DNA of 64,000 bases from an uncultured bacterium (GTDB lineage: Bacteria > Eisenbacteria > RBG-16-71-46). A program made the translations under genes and the position numbers. The notes beneath the pieces are model-generated. The model saw nothing but the letters and a program-made list of their open reading frames with translations. It was not told the DNA's origin and made no database searches. Shown one piece after another: positions 35,690 through 44,974 of the stretch. The DNA lies in NCBI GenBank assembly GCA_964589945.1, contig CAZPVG010000013.1, forward strand, positions 7,280 through 71,279, written 5' to 3'. The first letter of the stretch is position 1. Each line of letters starts with the position of its first letter.

Positions 35690-37111
35690 TCAGAACTGGA
35701 AGTAGATGAACTGCGACGGGGCGTTCGAGAGCCCCATGAACAGGATGACCGCGAGCGCGGCGTACACGAACCCGCGGACCGGGGCGGGCCAGGCGCGGTA
35801 AAAGCGCGCGCGCCCCCCCGCCGGGCCGGCCTGCCAGATCTCGAGCGCCACGACGAGCGCGAGACCCGCGAGCGCCGGGACCGAGGGCGTGGGGACGTGC
35901 GACGGCAGGCGCCACTCGAGGAACGCCTGGCGCGTGAACGAGACGATCTGCGGCCACGAGCGCGCGCGGAAGAGCAGCCAGCCGTAGCAGACGACCTGGA
36001 AGAAGAAGGCGATCTTGAGCAGGCGCACGAAGCCGGTCGCCACCGCGCCGCCCGCCTTCCGCCGGGCACCCGCCCACAGCCGGTGCACGCACAGGATGGC
36101 GCCCTGGTAGGTGCCCCAGAGGACGAAGTTCCAGGCGGCGCCGTGCCACAGGCCGCCGAGCACCATCGTCGTCATGAGGTTGCGGTAGGTCTTCCGTTCC
36201 CCGCCGCGGTTGCCGCCGAGCGGGATGTAGAGGTAGTCGCGCAGCCAGCTGCTCAGGCTGATGTGCCAGCGCCGCCAGAACTCGCTCGGGTTCACCGCCA
36301 CGTAGGGCTGGTCGAAGTTCGTCATCAGGTCGAAACCGAGCATCTTGGCGACGCCGCGCGCGATGTCGGAGTAGCCCGAGAAGTCGCAGTAGATCTGCGC
36401 GGCGAAGAGCCAGGTCGCGAGCCGGACGTCGGCGCCCGAGACGGCGTGGGTGGCGTTGTAGATCGCGTCCACGGGGCCGGCGAGCCCGTCGGAGACGGCG
36501 ATCTTCTTGAAGAGCCCGAGCAGCACCAGGAACAGGCCGCGGGTGAACGCGTCGCGCGTGATGCGGCGCGGGGCCTGGACCCGGGGCAGCAGGTCCACGG
36601 CCCGCTCGATCGGGCCGGCGACGAGCTGCGGGAAGAACGCCACGAAGGTGACGTAGTCGGGCCAGCTGTGGCAGGTGGACATGTGCCGCCGGTAGACGTC
36701 GATGGAGTAGCTCATCGACTGGAACGTGTAGAACGAGATGCCGACCGGCAGGATGATGTGGAGCGTCGTCCACCCGGCGTGCAGGCCGAACGCCCCGAGC
36801 GCGGCCTGGAGCGAGGACGCGAAGAAGTTGAAGTACTTGAAGAACCCGAGGACCCCGAGGTTCGCGACCATCGACGTGAGCAGGAGCGCCCGCCGCTTCG
36901 CGGGGTCGTCGGTCCGCTCGAGCCGGAGCCCCACCCACCAGTCGAGCGTCGTCGTGAAGCCGATGAGTCCGAGGAAGCGCCAGTCCCACCAGCCGTAGAA
37001 GACGAGGCTGCCGACGAGCAGCAGCCGGTTCTGCCCCCGGTGCGGCAGCAACAGGTAGAGCGGGAACAGCACGAGCATGAAGACGAGGAACGCGAGGCTG
37101 ACGAAGGTCAT
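35690..37111 (-). CDS. algI: MBOAT family O-acetyltransferase, AlgI-like
   Basis: FDQPYVAVNPSEFWRRWHISLSSWLRDYLYIPLGGNRGG...LGGLWHGAAWNFVLWG and C-terminal SQFIYFQF closely parallel Pseudomonas AlgI (including the terminal FLYFQF). Confidence 0.9.
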   Translation of the reverse strand: MTFVSLAFLVFMLVLFPLYLLLPHRGQNRLLLVGSLVFYGWWDWRFLGLIGFTTTLDWWVGLRLERTDDPAKRRALLLTSMVANLGVLGFFKYFNFFASSLQAALGAFGLHAGWTTLHIILPVGISFYTFQSMSYSIDVYRRHMSTCHSWPDYVTFVAFFPQLVAGPIERAVDLLPRVQAPRRITRDAFTRGLFLVLLGLFKKIAVSDGLAGPVDAIYNATHAVSGADVRLATWLFAAQIYCDFSGYSDIARGVAKMLGFDLMTNFDQPYVAVNPSEFWRRWHISLSSWLRDYLYIPLGGNRGGERKTYRNLMTTMVLGGLWHGAAWNFVLWGTYQGAILCVHRLWAGARRKAGGAVATGFVRLLKIAFFFQVVCYGWLLFRARSWPQIVSFTRQAFLEWRLPSHVPTPSVPALAGLALVVALEIWQAGPAGGRARFYRAWPAPVRGFVYAALAVILFMGLSNAPSQFIYFQF

Positions 37112-37121
37112 CGGCCCTGCC

Positions 37122-37967
37122 TCAGCGCTTCACGCCGTACAGCGCCATCGAGATCGCGTAGGGGTAGTAGGCCCACTTGAGCACCGGCAGCCGGACCGAA
37201 GCCCGCGCGAGCGCGGTGCGCACTCCCCGGCCGCCGCGCGCGAGGAGGTCGAGACGGTCGTGCGGCCGGATGCCGGCGGCTTCGAACGCCCGCCGCATGC
37301 GCGGGAAGGTGAACCAGTTCACGGCCGGGAAGTCCGTCCAGTTCACGAGGTCGCGGCGGTGCTCCATGATCCATGCGAGCACGCGCCGCTGCACGGGATC
37401 CGGGAGCCAGGAGTAGAACGGGAAGTGGTTCACCTCGGCCTGCAGCGGGCACGCGCGGTTCGTCGTGTAGACGACGAACAGGCCCCCCGGCCTGAGCACG
37501 CGCGCCGACTCCGCGACCACCTTCTCCCAGGCCGGCACGTGCTCGAGCAGGGAGTTGCAGAAGACGAGGTCGAACTGCCCCGGGCGGAAGGGCAGCTGCG
37601 TCGCGTCTCCGCTCGTCCAGTCCGGCCGCGGGGCCGCCGGCGCCGAGTGCGCCACGCGCCCGCGGCTCGCCTCGAGCAGCGTCCGGTCGAAGTCGATCCC
37701 GGTGACCTTCGCGCCGCGCTCGGCCCAGGCGAGGGAATAGAGCCCGCTGCCGCAGGCGAGATCGAGCACGCGCGCCCCCTCGACCGGCACGCGGAGGAGG
37801 CTCGAGTAGTAGTGCCACTCCCGCCGCAGCATGTCCCGGCCGAGGTCGTCGGGACGCTCGCGGAGCGTGTGCTCGACGAATTGCCGGTGGTACTCCGAGC
37901 GGCTGAGGACCTCGGCGGGACCGGCACCGGCGTCCCTGCCGTCTCGGGGGGGAACGGTCGGGGTCAT
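37122..37967 (-). CDS. class I SAM-dependent methyltransferase
   Basis: Motif I VLDLACGSGLYSLAWAERGAKVTGIDF. Post-I LVFCNSLLEHV. Motif II LRPGGLFVVYT. Confidence 0.85.
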   Translation of the reverse strand: MTPTVPPRDGRDAGAGPAEVLSRSEYHRQFVEHTLRERPDDLGRDMLRREWHYYSSLLRVPVEGARVLDLACGSGLYSLAWAERGAKVTGIDFDRTLLEASRGRVAHSAPAAPRPDWTSGDATQLPFRPGQFDLVFCNSLLEHVPAWEKVVAESARVLRPGGLFVVYTTNRACPLQAEVNHFPFYSWLPDPVQRRVLAWIMEHRRDLVNWTDFPAVNWFTFPRMRRAFEAAGIRPHDRLDLLARGGRGVRTALARASVRLPVLKWAYYPYAISMALYGVKR

Positions 37968-37972
37968 GGGGG

Positions 37973-38938
37973 TCAGGAGGCGTCGGCGTGGCTCCGGGCA
38001 CGCTGCCAGGCGACGGTGAGCTGCAGGCCCTGCTCGAGCGTGGTCTCGGGCAGCCAGCGCAGGGCCCGCCGCGCCTTCTCGATGTTCACGACGCGTCGCC
38101 GGATGTTGTCCACGTCGCGACGGTCGGCGTGGCGGGGCGCGCCCTCGAAGCCCACGATGCGCCCGAGGATCGCGGCGAGGTCGTTGATGCGCGTCTCGGT
38201 GCCCGTGCCGACGTTGAAGGTCTCGCCCAGGGCGCGGTCGCTCGTGCCCGCGAGCACGGTGGCCTCGACGGCGTCGTCCACGAACGTGAAGTCCCGGGTC
38301 TGGTTGCCGTCGCCGTGGATGAGGGGCGCCTCGCCCGCGAACAGCGACTCGGTGAACTTGGCCACGACGCCGCAGTACGGGTTCGCCGGGTCCTGGCCGG
38401 GACCGTAGATGTTCGAGTACCGCACCGCCGTCGCGGGCACGCCGTAGGACTCGTAGAACGCCATGCAGTAGTTCTCGCCGCCGAGCTTCGAGACCGCGTA
38501 CGGCGTGAGCAGCGACGGCGGGTCGTCCTCGCCGATCGGCAGGTGCCGCGGGTTGCCGTAGATCGAGGTGCTCGACGTGTAGACGACCCGCCGGACACGC
38601 TCGGCATTCTCGCGCGCGGCGAGCAGCACGTTGAGCGTCCCGCCGATGTTCGTCTCGAAGTCCTCGCGGGGGTTGCGGGTCGAGACCACGATGTTGCGGG
38701 CGGCCGCGTGGAACACGACTTCGGCCTCGCGGACCAGCCGGACGACCATCTCCGGGTCGCAGACCGAGCCTTCGACGAAATCGAATCCGGACGCGGGGAG
38801 GTTGTCGAGGCGGCCCGTGAACAGGTCGTCCAGCACCGTGACGCGGGCTCCCGCACGAAGGAGCCGCCGGACGAGGTTGCTGCCCACGAATCCCGCGCCG
38901 CCCGTGACCAGGACGCGCGTCTTCTCGAGTGGGATCAA
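37973..38938 (-). CDS. NAD-dependent nucleotide-sugar epimerase/dehydratase (extended SDR)
   Basis: VLVTGGAGFVGSNLV Rossmann motif. YAVSK catalytic Tyr-x3-Lys. 321 aa. Confidence 0.9.
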   Translation of the reverse strand: MIPLEKTRVLVTGGAGFVGSNLVRRLLRAGARVTVLDDLFTGRLDNLPASGFDFVEGSVCDPEMVVRLVREAEVVFHAAARNIVVSTRNPREDFETNIGGTLNVLLAARENAERVRRVVYTSSTSIYGNPRHLPIGEDDPPSLLTPYAVSKLGGENYCMAFYESYGVPATAVRYSNIYGPGQDPANPYCGVVAKFTESLFAGEAPLIHGDGNQTRDFTFVDDAVEATVLAGTSDRALGETFNVGTGTETRINDLAAILGRIVGFEGAPRHADRRDVDNIRRRVVNIEKARRALRWLPETTLEQGLQLTVAWQRARSHADAS

Positions 38939-38954
38939 GCGTTTCTCCGGGGAA

Positions 38955-39722
38955 TCAGGCCCGCCAGCCGAGGCGCAGGAAGAGAAGCGGTCGAAGGATC
39001 CGCCAGCCGTCGCTCAGGAGCTTCATCTTGGTCGTGCCTCGCGAATGGTAGCAGACGGTGACCGGCGCTTCACGGACGCGGTAGCCGGAGCGCACGGCCT
39101 GGAAGAGCAGGTAGGGTTCCAGCTCATAGCGGTCGAGCCAGTCCTGTCGCAGCCGGATCCGGGAGTCGTCGAGCAGCGAGAGCCGGAACGCCCGCATGCC
39201 GTTCGTGCCGTCGGTCACGGGAAAGCCGCTCGCCGCCCGGAAGAGCAGCGGGTAGAGGCGCGTCAGCCAGCGGCGCTCCGGGGGGATGCCCGGCGTGGCG
39301 CCGCCCGGCAGCCAGCGGGATCCCTGGACCAGGTCGGCCTCCCCCGCGAACAGCGGCGCGAGCAGGCGCGGCAGCTCCTCCGGGACGTGCTGGTCGTCAC
39401 CCGAGAGGATCGCGCCGATTTCGTAACCGAGCCGTTTCGCCTCGAAGAGGCCGGTGCGGATTCCCGCGCCGACGCCGAGGTTGCGCTCGTGCCGGATCAC
39501 CACGTCCGCGCCCGCCTCGCGGGCCTCGTCGGCCGTCCGGTCGCCCGAGCAGTCGTCCACGACGATCACGCAGGCGGCCCAGCGTCTCGGCACCTTGCGC
39601 ACGACCTCGCCGATCTTGCCCGTCTCGTTCCAGGCGGGAACCACCACGGCGACGCGGGCGGGCTCGATGAGCGCCAGTCGTTCCGCGGGGGGATCGACGG
39701 CCGGCCGGGGATCGGGTGTCAT
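38955..39722 (-). CDS. family 2 glycosyltransferase, polyprenol-phosphate sugar synthase (Dpm1/GtrB-like)
   Basis: VAVVVPAWNE, VIVVDDCSGDRT, LSGDDQHVPEE (DxD/Q), TNGMRAFRL. 255 aa. Confidence 0.85.
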   Translation of the reverse strand: MTPDPRPAVDPPAERLALIEPARVAVVVPAWNETGKIGEVVRKVPRRWAACVIVVDDCSGDRTADEAREAGADVVIRHERNLGVGAGIRTGLFEAKRLGYEIGAILSGDDQHVPEELPRLLAPLFAGEADLVQGSRWLPGGATPGIPPERRWLTRLYPLLFRAASGFPVTDGTNGMRAFRLSLLDDSRIRLRQDWLDRYELEPYLLFQAVRSGYRVREAPVTVCYHSRGTTKMKLLSDGWRILRPLLFLRLGWRA

Positions 39723-39732
39723 GGGCGCCGCA

Positions 39733-39747
39733 GGTTAGCACAGGGCT
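39733..39747 (-). promoter_or_regulatory. extended -10-like element (TGTGCTAACC) 11 nt upstream of the GT2 ATG at 39722
   Basis: Coding-strand CCCTGTGCTAACCTGCGGCGCCCATG. Confidence 0.35.
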
Positions 39748-39858
39748 CCGGAAGGCCCGCCGGGGCGCTGCGGCGTTGCATCCTGCACGATCGGCGGGGC
39801 CGGGACCGGCCCCCCGGGGGCCGTGCCGGCCGACAGGGGGATTTCCCTGTGTCGGCCC

Positions 39859-39868
39859 CCGGAGGCGG
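39859..39868 (+). promoter_or_regulatory. extended -10-like element TTGATAGACT 20 nt upstream of the Wzy-like ATG
   Basis: TGnTAnnnT pattern. It lies in the divergent intergenic region 39723-39888, which also contains the palindrome GGGGCCGGgaCCGGCCCC. Confidence 0.3.
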
Positions 39869-39888
39869 TTGATAGACTCGGGGGGCTG

Positions 39889-41364
39889 ATGCACACCCCC
39901 GCACGAACGACCTCCGCGCCGGGCGCCCCGCCGCACCGGCCCCGTGACGTCCCGTCCCCGCTCGCGGCGCGCGTCAACCGCTGGTTCCAGTGGCTCCTGA
40001 TCCTGGCGGCCGGGGTGCTCCTGGGCCAGCAGTACGTCCACCCCGACAAGCGCGTCATCCCCGTCATGCTGAGCGCCATCGCGGTCGGGGTCACGTGGCG
40101 GATCGACATGATCAGCGGGATCGGGCTGCTGATCCTGGCGATCCCCTACCCGCGCTGGACGGTGTTCGGCTCGACGAACATCGCGCTCGTGCTGATGCTC
40201 GCCATCTTCTGGCTGGTGCGCGTCAGCATCCGCCAGCTCGCGCCGCCGCGCTCGTCGCCCATCGACCTGCCGCTCGCGGCACTCGTGATCGTCTACATCC
40301 TGTCGTTCAAGAACGTGCACGACGCCGTGCACCTCGACTACGCGCTGCGCAACCTCTGGCTCTTCCTGGGCTCGATCGTGATGTACTTCCTCATCACGAA
40401 CAACGTGCACACGGAACGTGACCTGCGCCGCGTCCACGACGCCCAGCTGCTGTCGGCCCTGCTCGTGTTCCTGCTCGGGCTCTACGAGCTCAACCACCCC
40501 GGCCAGTCGTTCATCCGGGGCTGGATCGGCTTCCAGCACACGACGGGCACCGAGTTCAATACGCACAACGTCCGCATCGGGTCGGCGTTCTTCGACTACG
40601 AGCTGCTCTCCGAGTACGCGGCGCTCACGCTGCTGCTCGCGGGCTTCCGATGGTTCCGGGCCAGGTCGAACAACGAGCGCGCGGTCTATACGGGCTTCGT
40701 GGTCCTGAACGTCTTCATCCTGTTCGCGACGGTCACCCGGGGCGCGATCATCTCCCTGGCGCTGGCGCTTCCCGTCCTGCTCTGGCTCGTGCGACGGCGC
40801 CTCCGCGTCGTGCCCTTCACGGTGGCCGCGACGGCCGCGATCGCCCTGTTCGTCGGCATGAACGTGTTCGTCTCGTCGTTCACGCGCTCCGGCAACCTGT
40901 TCGAGCGGCTCGAAGGGACGAAGCTCGTGGAAGGCTGGATTCCCGACTCGCGGGTCTTCGCGTGGACCAACGCCTGGGAGCGGGCGCTGGTCCATCCGTT
41001 CGTCGGCCAGGGGCCGTTCTACACCGACCTGCCGGGCTACAACCGGATGTGGCCCCACGACATCTACCTCTACTACGCGAACATCGTCGGCTTCGTCGGA
41101 CTCGCCTTCTTCCTCGTCATGCTGTTCCTGTTCTTCCGCATGACCCGTCCGCGGACCGACGACATCGTGCACGGGTCCTACGCCGAGGCCTACCTCATCA
41201 TCGCCCACACGCAGTTCTGGCTGTTCGTCATCAACGAGGCGAAGATCGACTACCTCCGCAACCCGATCTACCAGATGGTCGTCTGGGTGATGTTCTCCGT
41301 CTGGACGGCGGCCTACAGCGTGACCCGCCGCGCGCGGTCGCAACCCTCCCTGCCGGCGGGATGA
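39889..41364 (+). CDS. O-antigen ligase / Wzy-like polymerase family membrane protein
   Basis: ATG at 39889 (MHTPARTT...). 10-12 TM helices with a large periplasmic loop. Lower GC than neighbours. Upstream TTGATAGACT extended -10-like element. Confidence 0.75.
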   Translation: MHTPARTTSAPGAPPHRPRDVPSPLAARVNRWFQWLLILAAGVLLGQQYVHPDKRVIPVMLSAIAVGVTWRIDMISGIGLLILAIPYPRWTVFGSTNIALVLMLAIFWLVRVSIRQLAPPRSSPIDLPLAALVIVYILSFKNVHDAVHLDYALRNLWLFLGSIVMYFLITNNVHTERDLRRVHDAQLLSALLVFLLGLYELNHPGQSFIRGWIGFQHTTGTEFNTHNVRIGSAFFDYELLSEYAALTLLLAGFRWFRARSNNERAVYTGFVVLNVFILFATVTRGAIISLALALPVLLWLVRRRLRVVPFTVAATAAIALFVGMNVFVSSFTRSGNLFERLEGTKLVEGWIPDSRVFAWTNAWERALVHPFVGQGPFYTDLPGYNRMWPHDIYLYYANIVGFVGLAFFLVMLFLFFRMTRPRTDDIVHGSYAEAYLIIAHTQFWLFVINEAKIDYLRNPIYQMVVWVMFSVWTAAYSVTRRARSQPSLPAG

Positions 41365-41505
41365 CGCCCGCGGCCGGCTTTGCCCGGATTCGGGACGCTG
41401 CGCTACGCTTTCTCGACTCCCGCCCCGCACCCCGACGCGCCTTCCCCCGCCACCCCCGGTGATTCCCCGCATGTCCTTCGCGTCCCCGCTGGTCGTGACC
41501 CGCTG

Positions 41506-43434
41506 ATGTGCGGCTTCGCGGCCTACTGCGACCCCGACGGCCGGCCCCCGGACCGCGCCTGGCTGGCCGCGGCCGCGGCGGCCCTGCGCCACCGCGGCCC
41601 CGACGACGAGGGACTGCTCGCCGAGCCGGGCGCGGGGCTCGCGTTCCGCCGGCTCTCGATCGTGGACGTGGCCGCGGGGCACCAGCCGCTCCCGAACGAG
41701 GACGGCACGGTCTGGATCGCCTTCAACGGTGAGATCTACAACCACGCGGCGATCCGCCGGGAGCTCGAGGCGCTCGGGCACCGCTACCGGACGCGCTCGG
41801 ACACCGAGACGATCGTCCACGCCTTCGAGCAGTGGGGCCCCGACTGCGTCCGGCGCCTCGACGGCATGTTCGCGTTCGCGATCTGGGACCGGCCCCGCCG
41901 CCGCATGTTCGCGGCCCGCGACCGGGTCGGGATCAAGCCCCTCTACTGGACGCGTTCGGGGAACGCCTGGGCGTTCGCGTCCGAGGTCAAGGCGCTGCTC
42001 GCGTTTCCGGGCGTCGAGCGCCGGGCGCGGCCGCAGGGCGTCGTCGAGCACCTGACGCTGCGCTACTGCGCCTCACCGGATACGCTGTTCGAGGGCATCC
42101 ACAAGCTGCCGCCCGGCCACTCGATCCTCCTCGAGGACGGCCGCGAGACGATCGTCCGCTGGTGGAGACCCGCCTTCGAACCGCGCCACGACCCCGGCGA
42201 GGACGACGCGCTCGCCGAGGTCGAATCCCGGCTCGAGGCCTCGGTGCGCTCGCACCTGATGTCCGAGGTCCCGCTCGGCGCCCTCCTCTCGGGGGGCGTG
42301 GACTCGGGCCTCGTCGTCGCGCTCATGGCGCGCCTGCTCGACCGCCCGGTGCAGACCTTCTCGGTGGGCTTCGACGCGCCCGGACCCTACAGCGAGCTGC
42401 CGTTCGCGCGCCGCGTCGCGGAGCACTGCCGCACGGATCATCGCGAGATCGTCGTCGGCGCGGCCGACCTGCTGCGCGAGCTGCCGCAGCTCGTCTGGCA
42501 CCAGGACGAGCCCGTCTCGGAGCCCGCGGCGATCCCGACGTTCCTCGTGACGCAGCTCGCGCGCGAGACGGTGACCGTGGTGCTCACGGGCGAGGGCGGC
42601 GACGAGCTGTTCGCCGGATACCCCAAGTATGCCGTCGAGCCCTTCGCCCGCGCGCTCGCCGGCGCGCCCGCGCCGCTGCGCGACCCGTTCCTCGATCACG
42701 TCGTGGACCGCCTGCCCTTCGGGTTTCGCAAGCTGCAGGTCGTCGGGCGCAGCGCGCGGTTCCGCGACGAGGCCGAGCGGCTCGCCGCCTGGTTCGCCGG
42801 GTTCGCGGGCCGCGAGCGCGAGCGGCTGCTCGGCCCCGCGCTGCGGCCGCACACCGGCGCCGGGGCCGGGGCGTTCCGGCGGACGCTCGCGGCGAGCGCG
42901 GCGCGCGACCCGCTCGACCGGATGCTGGACGCGGACCTCACGCTCTGGCTCGCGGACGACCTGCTCATGAAGATGGACAAGATGAGCATGGCGGCCTCGG
43001 TCGAGGCCCGCGTGCCGCTGCTGGACAACCCGCTCATCGACTGGGCGCTGCGCCTCGCACCGCGTCACAAGGTGCGCGGGCTCGAGGGCAAGGTGCTCCT
43101 GAAGCGCCTCGCGCGGAAGCTCCTGCCTCCCGAGGTCGTGGACCGGCCCAAGGTGGGCTTCACGGTGCCGCTCTCGCCGTGGTTCCGCGGGCCGCTGCGC
43201 GAGCTGCTCGCCGACACGCTGCTCGCGCCCGCGTGCCTGGGCCGCGGCTACTACGAGCCGGCCGTCCTGCGCGGCTACGTCGAGGACCATCTCGCCGGGC
43301 GCCGCGACCGCGGCCGCGAGCTCTGGACGTTGCTCACGCTCGAGCTGTGGCACCGCCAGTGGATCGACCGCGCGCCGGAGCGCGCCGTGCCGTGGACGCC
43401 GCCGGCCCGCGTCGCCGCGGGGGCGCCCGCGTGA
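41506..43434 (+). CDS. asparagine synthase (glutamine-hydrolysing) family amidotransferase
   Basis: Start MCGFAAYCDP (N-terminal Cys nucleophile after Met). GATase domain LSIVDVAAGHQPL. PP-loop SGGVDSGLVVALMA. Confidence 0.85.
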   Translation: MCGFAAYCDPDGRPPDRAWLAAAAAALRHRGPDDEGLLAEPGAGLAFRRLSIVDVAAGHQPLPNEDGTVWIAFNGEIYNHAAIRRELEALGHRYRTRSDTETIVHAFEQWGPDCVRRLDGMFAFAIWDRPRRRMFAARDRVGIKPLYWTRSGNAWAFASEVKALLAFPGVERRARPQGVVEHLTLRYCASPDTLFEGIHKLPPGHSILLEDGRETIVRWWRPAFEPRHDPGEDDALAEVESRLEASVRSHLMSEVPLGALLSGGVDSGLVVALMARLLDRPVQTFSVGFDAPGPYSELPFARRVAEHCRTDHREIVVGAADLLRELPQLVWHQDEPVSEPAAIPTFLVTQLARETVTVVLTGEGGDELFAGYPKYAVEPFARALAGAPAPLRDPFLDHVVDRLPFGFRKLQVVGRSARFRDEAERLAAWFAGFAGRERERLLGPALRPHTGAGAGAFRRTLAASAARDPLDRMLDADLTLWLADDLLMKMDKMSMAASVEARVPLLDNPLIDWALRLAPRHKVRGLEGKVLLKRLARKLLPPEVVDRPKVGFTVPLSPWFRGPLRELLADTLLAPACLGRGYYEPAVLRGYVEDHLAGRRDRGRELWTLLTLELWHRQWIDRAPERAVPWTPPARVAAGAPA

Positions 43435-44459
43435 GCGCGGCGCTGGAGGTCCGGCCCTACGCCTCCTGCGATCGCGAGGCGTGGGACACGTACGTGCGCT
43501 CGCACGAGGGCTCGCACTTCGGCCAGCTCGCCGCCTGGCGGGCGCTCACGGCGCAGGCGTACGGGGTGACCCCCCGGTACGCGCTCGCCGAGGAGGGCGG
43601 CCGCGTGCGGGGCGTCCTGCCCCTCTTCCTCGCCGGCGGGCGCCGCCCGCGGCTCTTCTCGGCACCCGGCGGCCTGCTCGCCGACGATGCCGACGTGGCC
43701 CGGGCGCTGCTCGCGCCCGCGCGCGAGGAGGTCGAGCGCCGGAAGCTGGCGTGGCTCGAGCTGCGCGACCAGCGCGAGGCGTGGCCGGGGCTCGAGACGA
43801 ACGACGAGCACCTGACAATGGTTCTCGAGCTCGCGCCGGACGCCGACGCGCAGTGGAAGGCGTTCGGCGCCAAGCTGCGCAACCAGGTGCGCAAGGGCGA
43901 GAAGGCCGGCTTCGAGCGGCGCTGGGGGCGCGGGCAGGCGCGGGCGTTCCACCGCGTGCTGCTCGAGAACATGCGTGACCTCGGCACCCCGATCCGCGGC
44001 GCCGCCTACTACCGGCGGGCGCTCGAGCTGCTGGGCGCGGCGGCCGACCTGCTCGTGCTCTACCTCGGCGGCGCGCCGGCGGGGGCGATGTTCACCGTCG
44101 CGCACCGCGACACGCTGATGGACCCCTGGGCCTCGTCGCTGCGGCGCCATTTCGCGCTCTGCCCCAACCAGGTGCTGTACTGGGAGGCGCTCCGGCGCGC
44201 GATCGCTTCGGGGCTGAAGCGGTTCGACTTCGGCCGGAGCCAGTGGGGATCGCCGACGTTCCGGTTCAAGCAGCAATGGGGGGCGAAGCCGGTGGCCCTG
44301 CGGTACCAGTACGTGCTCGGCACCGCGGAGCGCGTGCCCACGCTCGAGGAGCAGAAGGGCTCGCTCGATCTCGCGGTGCGGATCTGGCGGCGGCTGCCCC
44401 TGCCCGTCGCGGCGGCGCTCGGCGAGCCCGCGAAGCGGCTCTTCCCGGAGGTGATGTGA
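43431..44459 (+). CDS. FemAB-family (GNAT-fold) acyltransferase, PEP-CTERM/EPS-locus associated type
   Basis: GTG overlapping the asnB stop (GTGA). 342 aa. [23 protein letters not shown]-terminus. Out-of-frame within track ORF 41832..44459. Confidence 0.75.
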   Translation: MSAALEVRPYASCDREAWDTYVRSHEGSHFGQLAAWRALTAQAYGVTPRYALAEEGGRVRGVLPLFLAGGRRPRLFSAPGGLLADDADVARALLAPAREEVERRKLAWLELRDQREAWPGLETNDEHLTMVLELAPDADAQWKAFGAKLRNQVRKGEKAGFERRWGRGQARAFHRVLLENMRDLGTPIRGAAYYRRALELLGAAADLLVLYLGGAPAGAMFTVAHRDTLMDPWASSLRRHFALCPNQVLYWEALRRAIASGLKRFDFGRSQWGSPTFRFKQQWGAKPVALRYQYVLGTAERVPTLEEQKGSLDLAVRIWRRLPLPVAAALGEPAKRLFPEVM

Positions 44460-44974
44460 CCATGGCCGGCCCGAGGATCACCGACCGCGTCGCGCGGCGG
44501 GAGTACCAGACGCGCATCGCGCCGCGCAGCCTGCTGCGGACGTTCTGGCAGAAACAGCTGCACATGATCGCCCGCGCGACGATCCACCCGGGGCTGCGCA
44601 ACCAGCTCTACCGCTGGATCGGCGTGAGCGTCGGGCGGCACGTGTTCATCGGGCTCGACACCTGGCTCGACGACCAGTTCCCCGAGCTGATCGTGATCGA
44701 GGACGACGTCACGATCTCGTTCCGGGTCACGGTGGTCGTGCACGACGACGCGAAGCGTCTCGACCGGACCCAGGCCGGCGCCGGCGACGGCACCGTGGCG
44801 CCCGTGATCCTGAAGCGGGGCTGCTACCTCGGCGCGGGCTGCCTGCTGCTGCCCGGGGTCACGGTCGGCGAGGACGCCGTGGTCGCGGCCGGCGCCGTCG
44901 TCACCCGCGACGTGCCGCCCGCCACGGTCGTCGGGGGCGTGCCCGCGCGCGTGATCAAGGAGGCCGCGCGTTGA
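44456..44974 (+). CDS. hexapeptide-repeat (LbH) acetyltransferase, WcaF/NeuD-like
   Basis: GTG overlapping the upstream stop (alternative ATG at 44462). [16 protein letters not shown]...[18 protein letters not shown]...[31 protein letters not shown] repeats. Confidence 0.75.
   Translation: MTMAGPRITDRVARREYQTRIAPRSLLRTFWQKQLHMIARATIHPGLRNQLYRWIGVSVGRHVFIGLDTWLDDQFPELIVIEDDVTISFRVTVVVHDDAKRLDRTQAGAGDGTVAPVILKRGCYLGAGCLLLPGVTVGEDAVVAAGAVVTRDVPPATVVGGVPARVIKEAAR

Noticed and set aside
34418-36069. ORFs 34418..35380 (+), 34492..35145 (+), 34653..35705 (+), 34762..36069 (-) over the AlgJ-like gene and leader
   Set aside because: R/P/A-rich junk antisense to the AlgJ-like/MBOAT genes. The 5' parts fall in the lower-GC non-coding leader.
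39397-44459. 884-aa minus-strand ORF 39397..42051 and 875-aa plus ORF 41832..44459
   Set aside because: 39397..42051 is antisense to the GT2/Wzy/AsnB genes. 41832..44459 is a wrong-frame ORF across asnB whose last 342 codons happen to be in the FemAB gene frame, so only 43431..44459 was kept.
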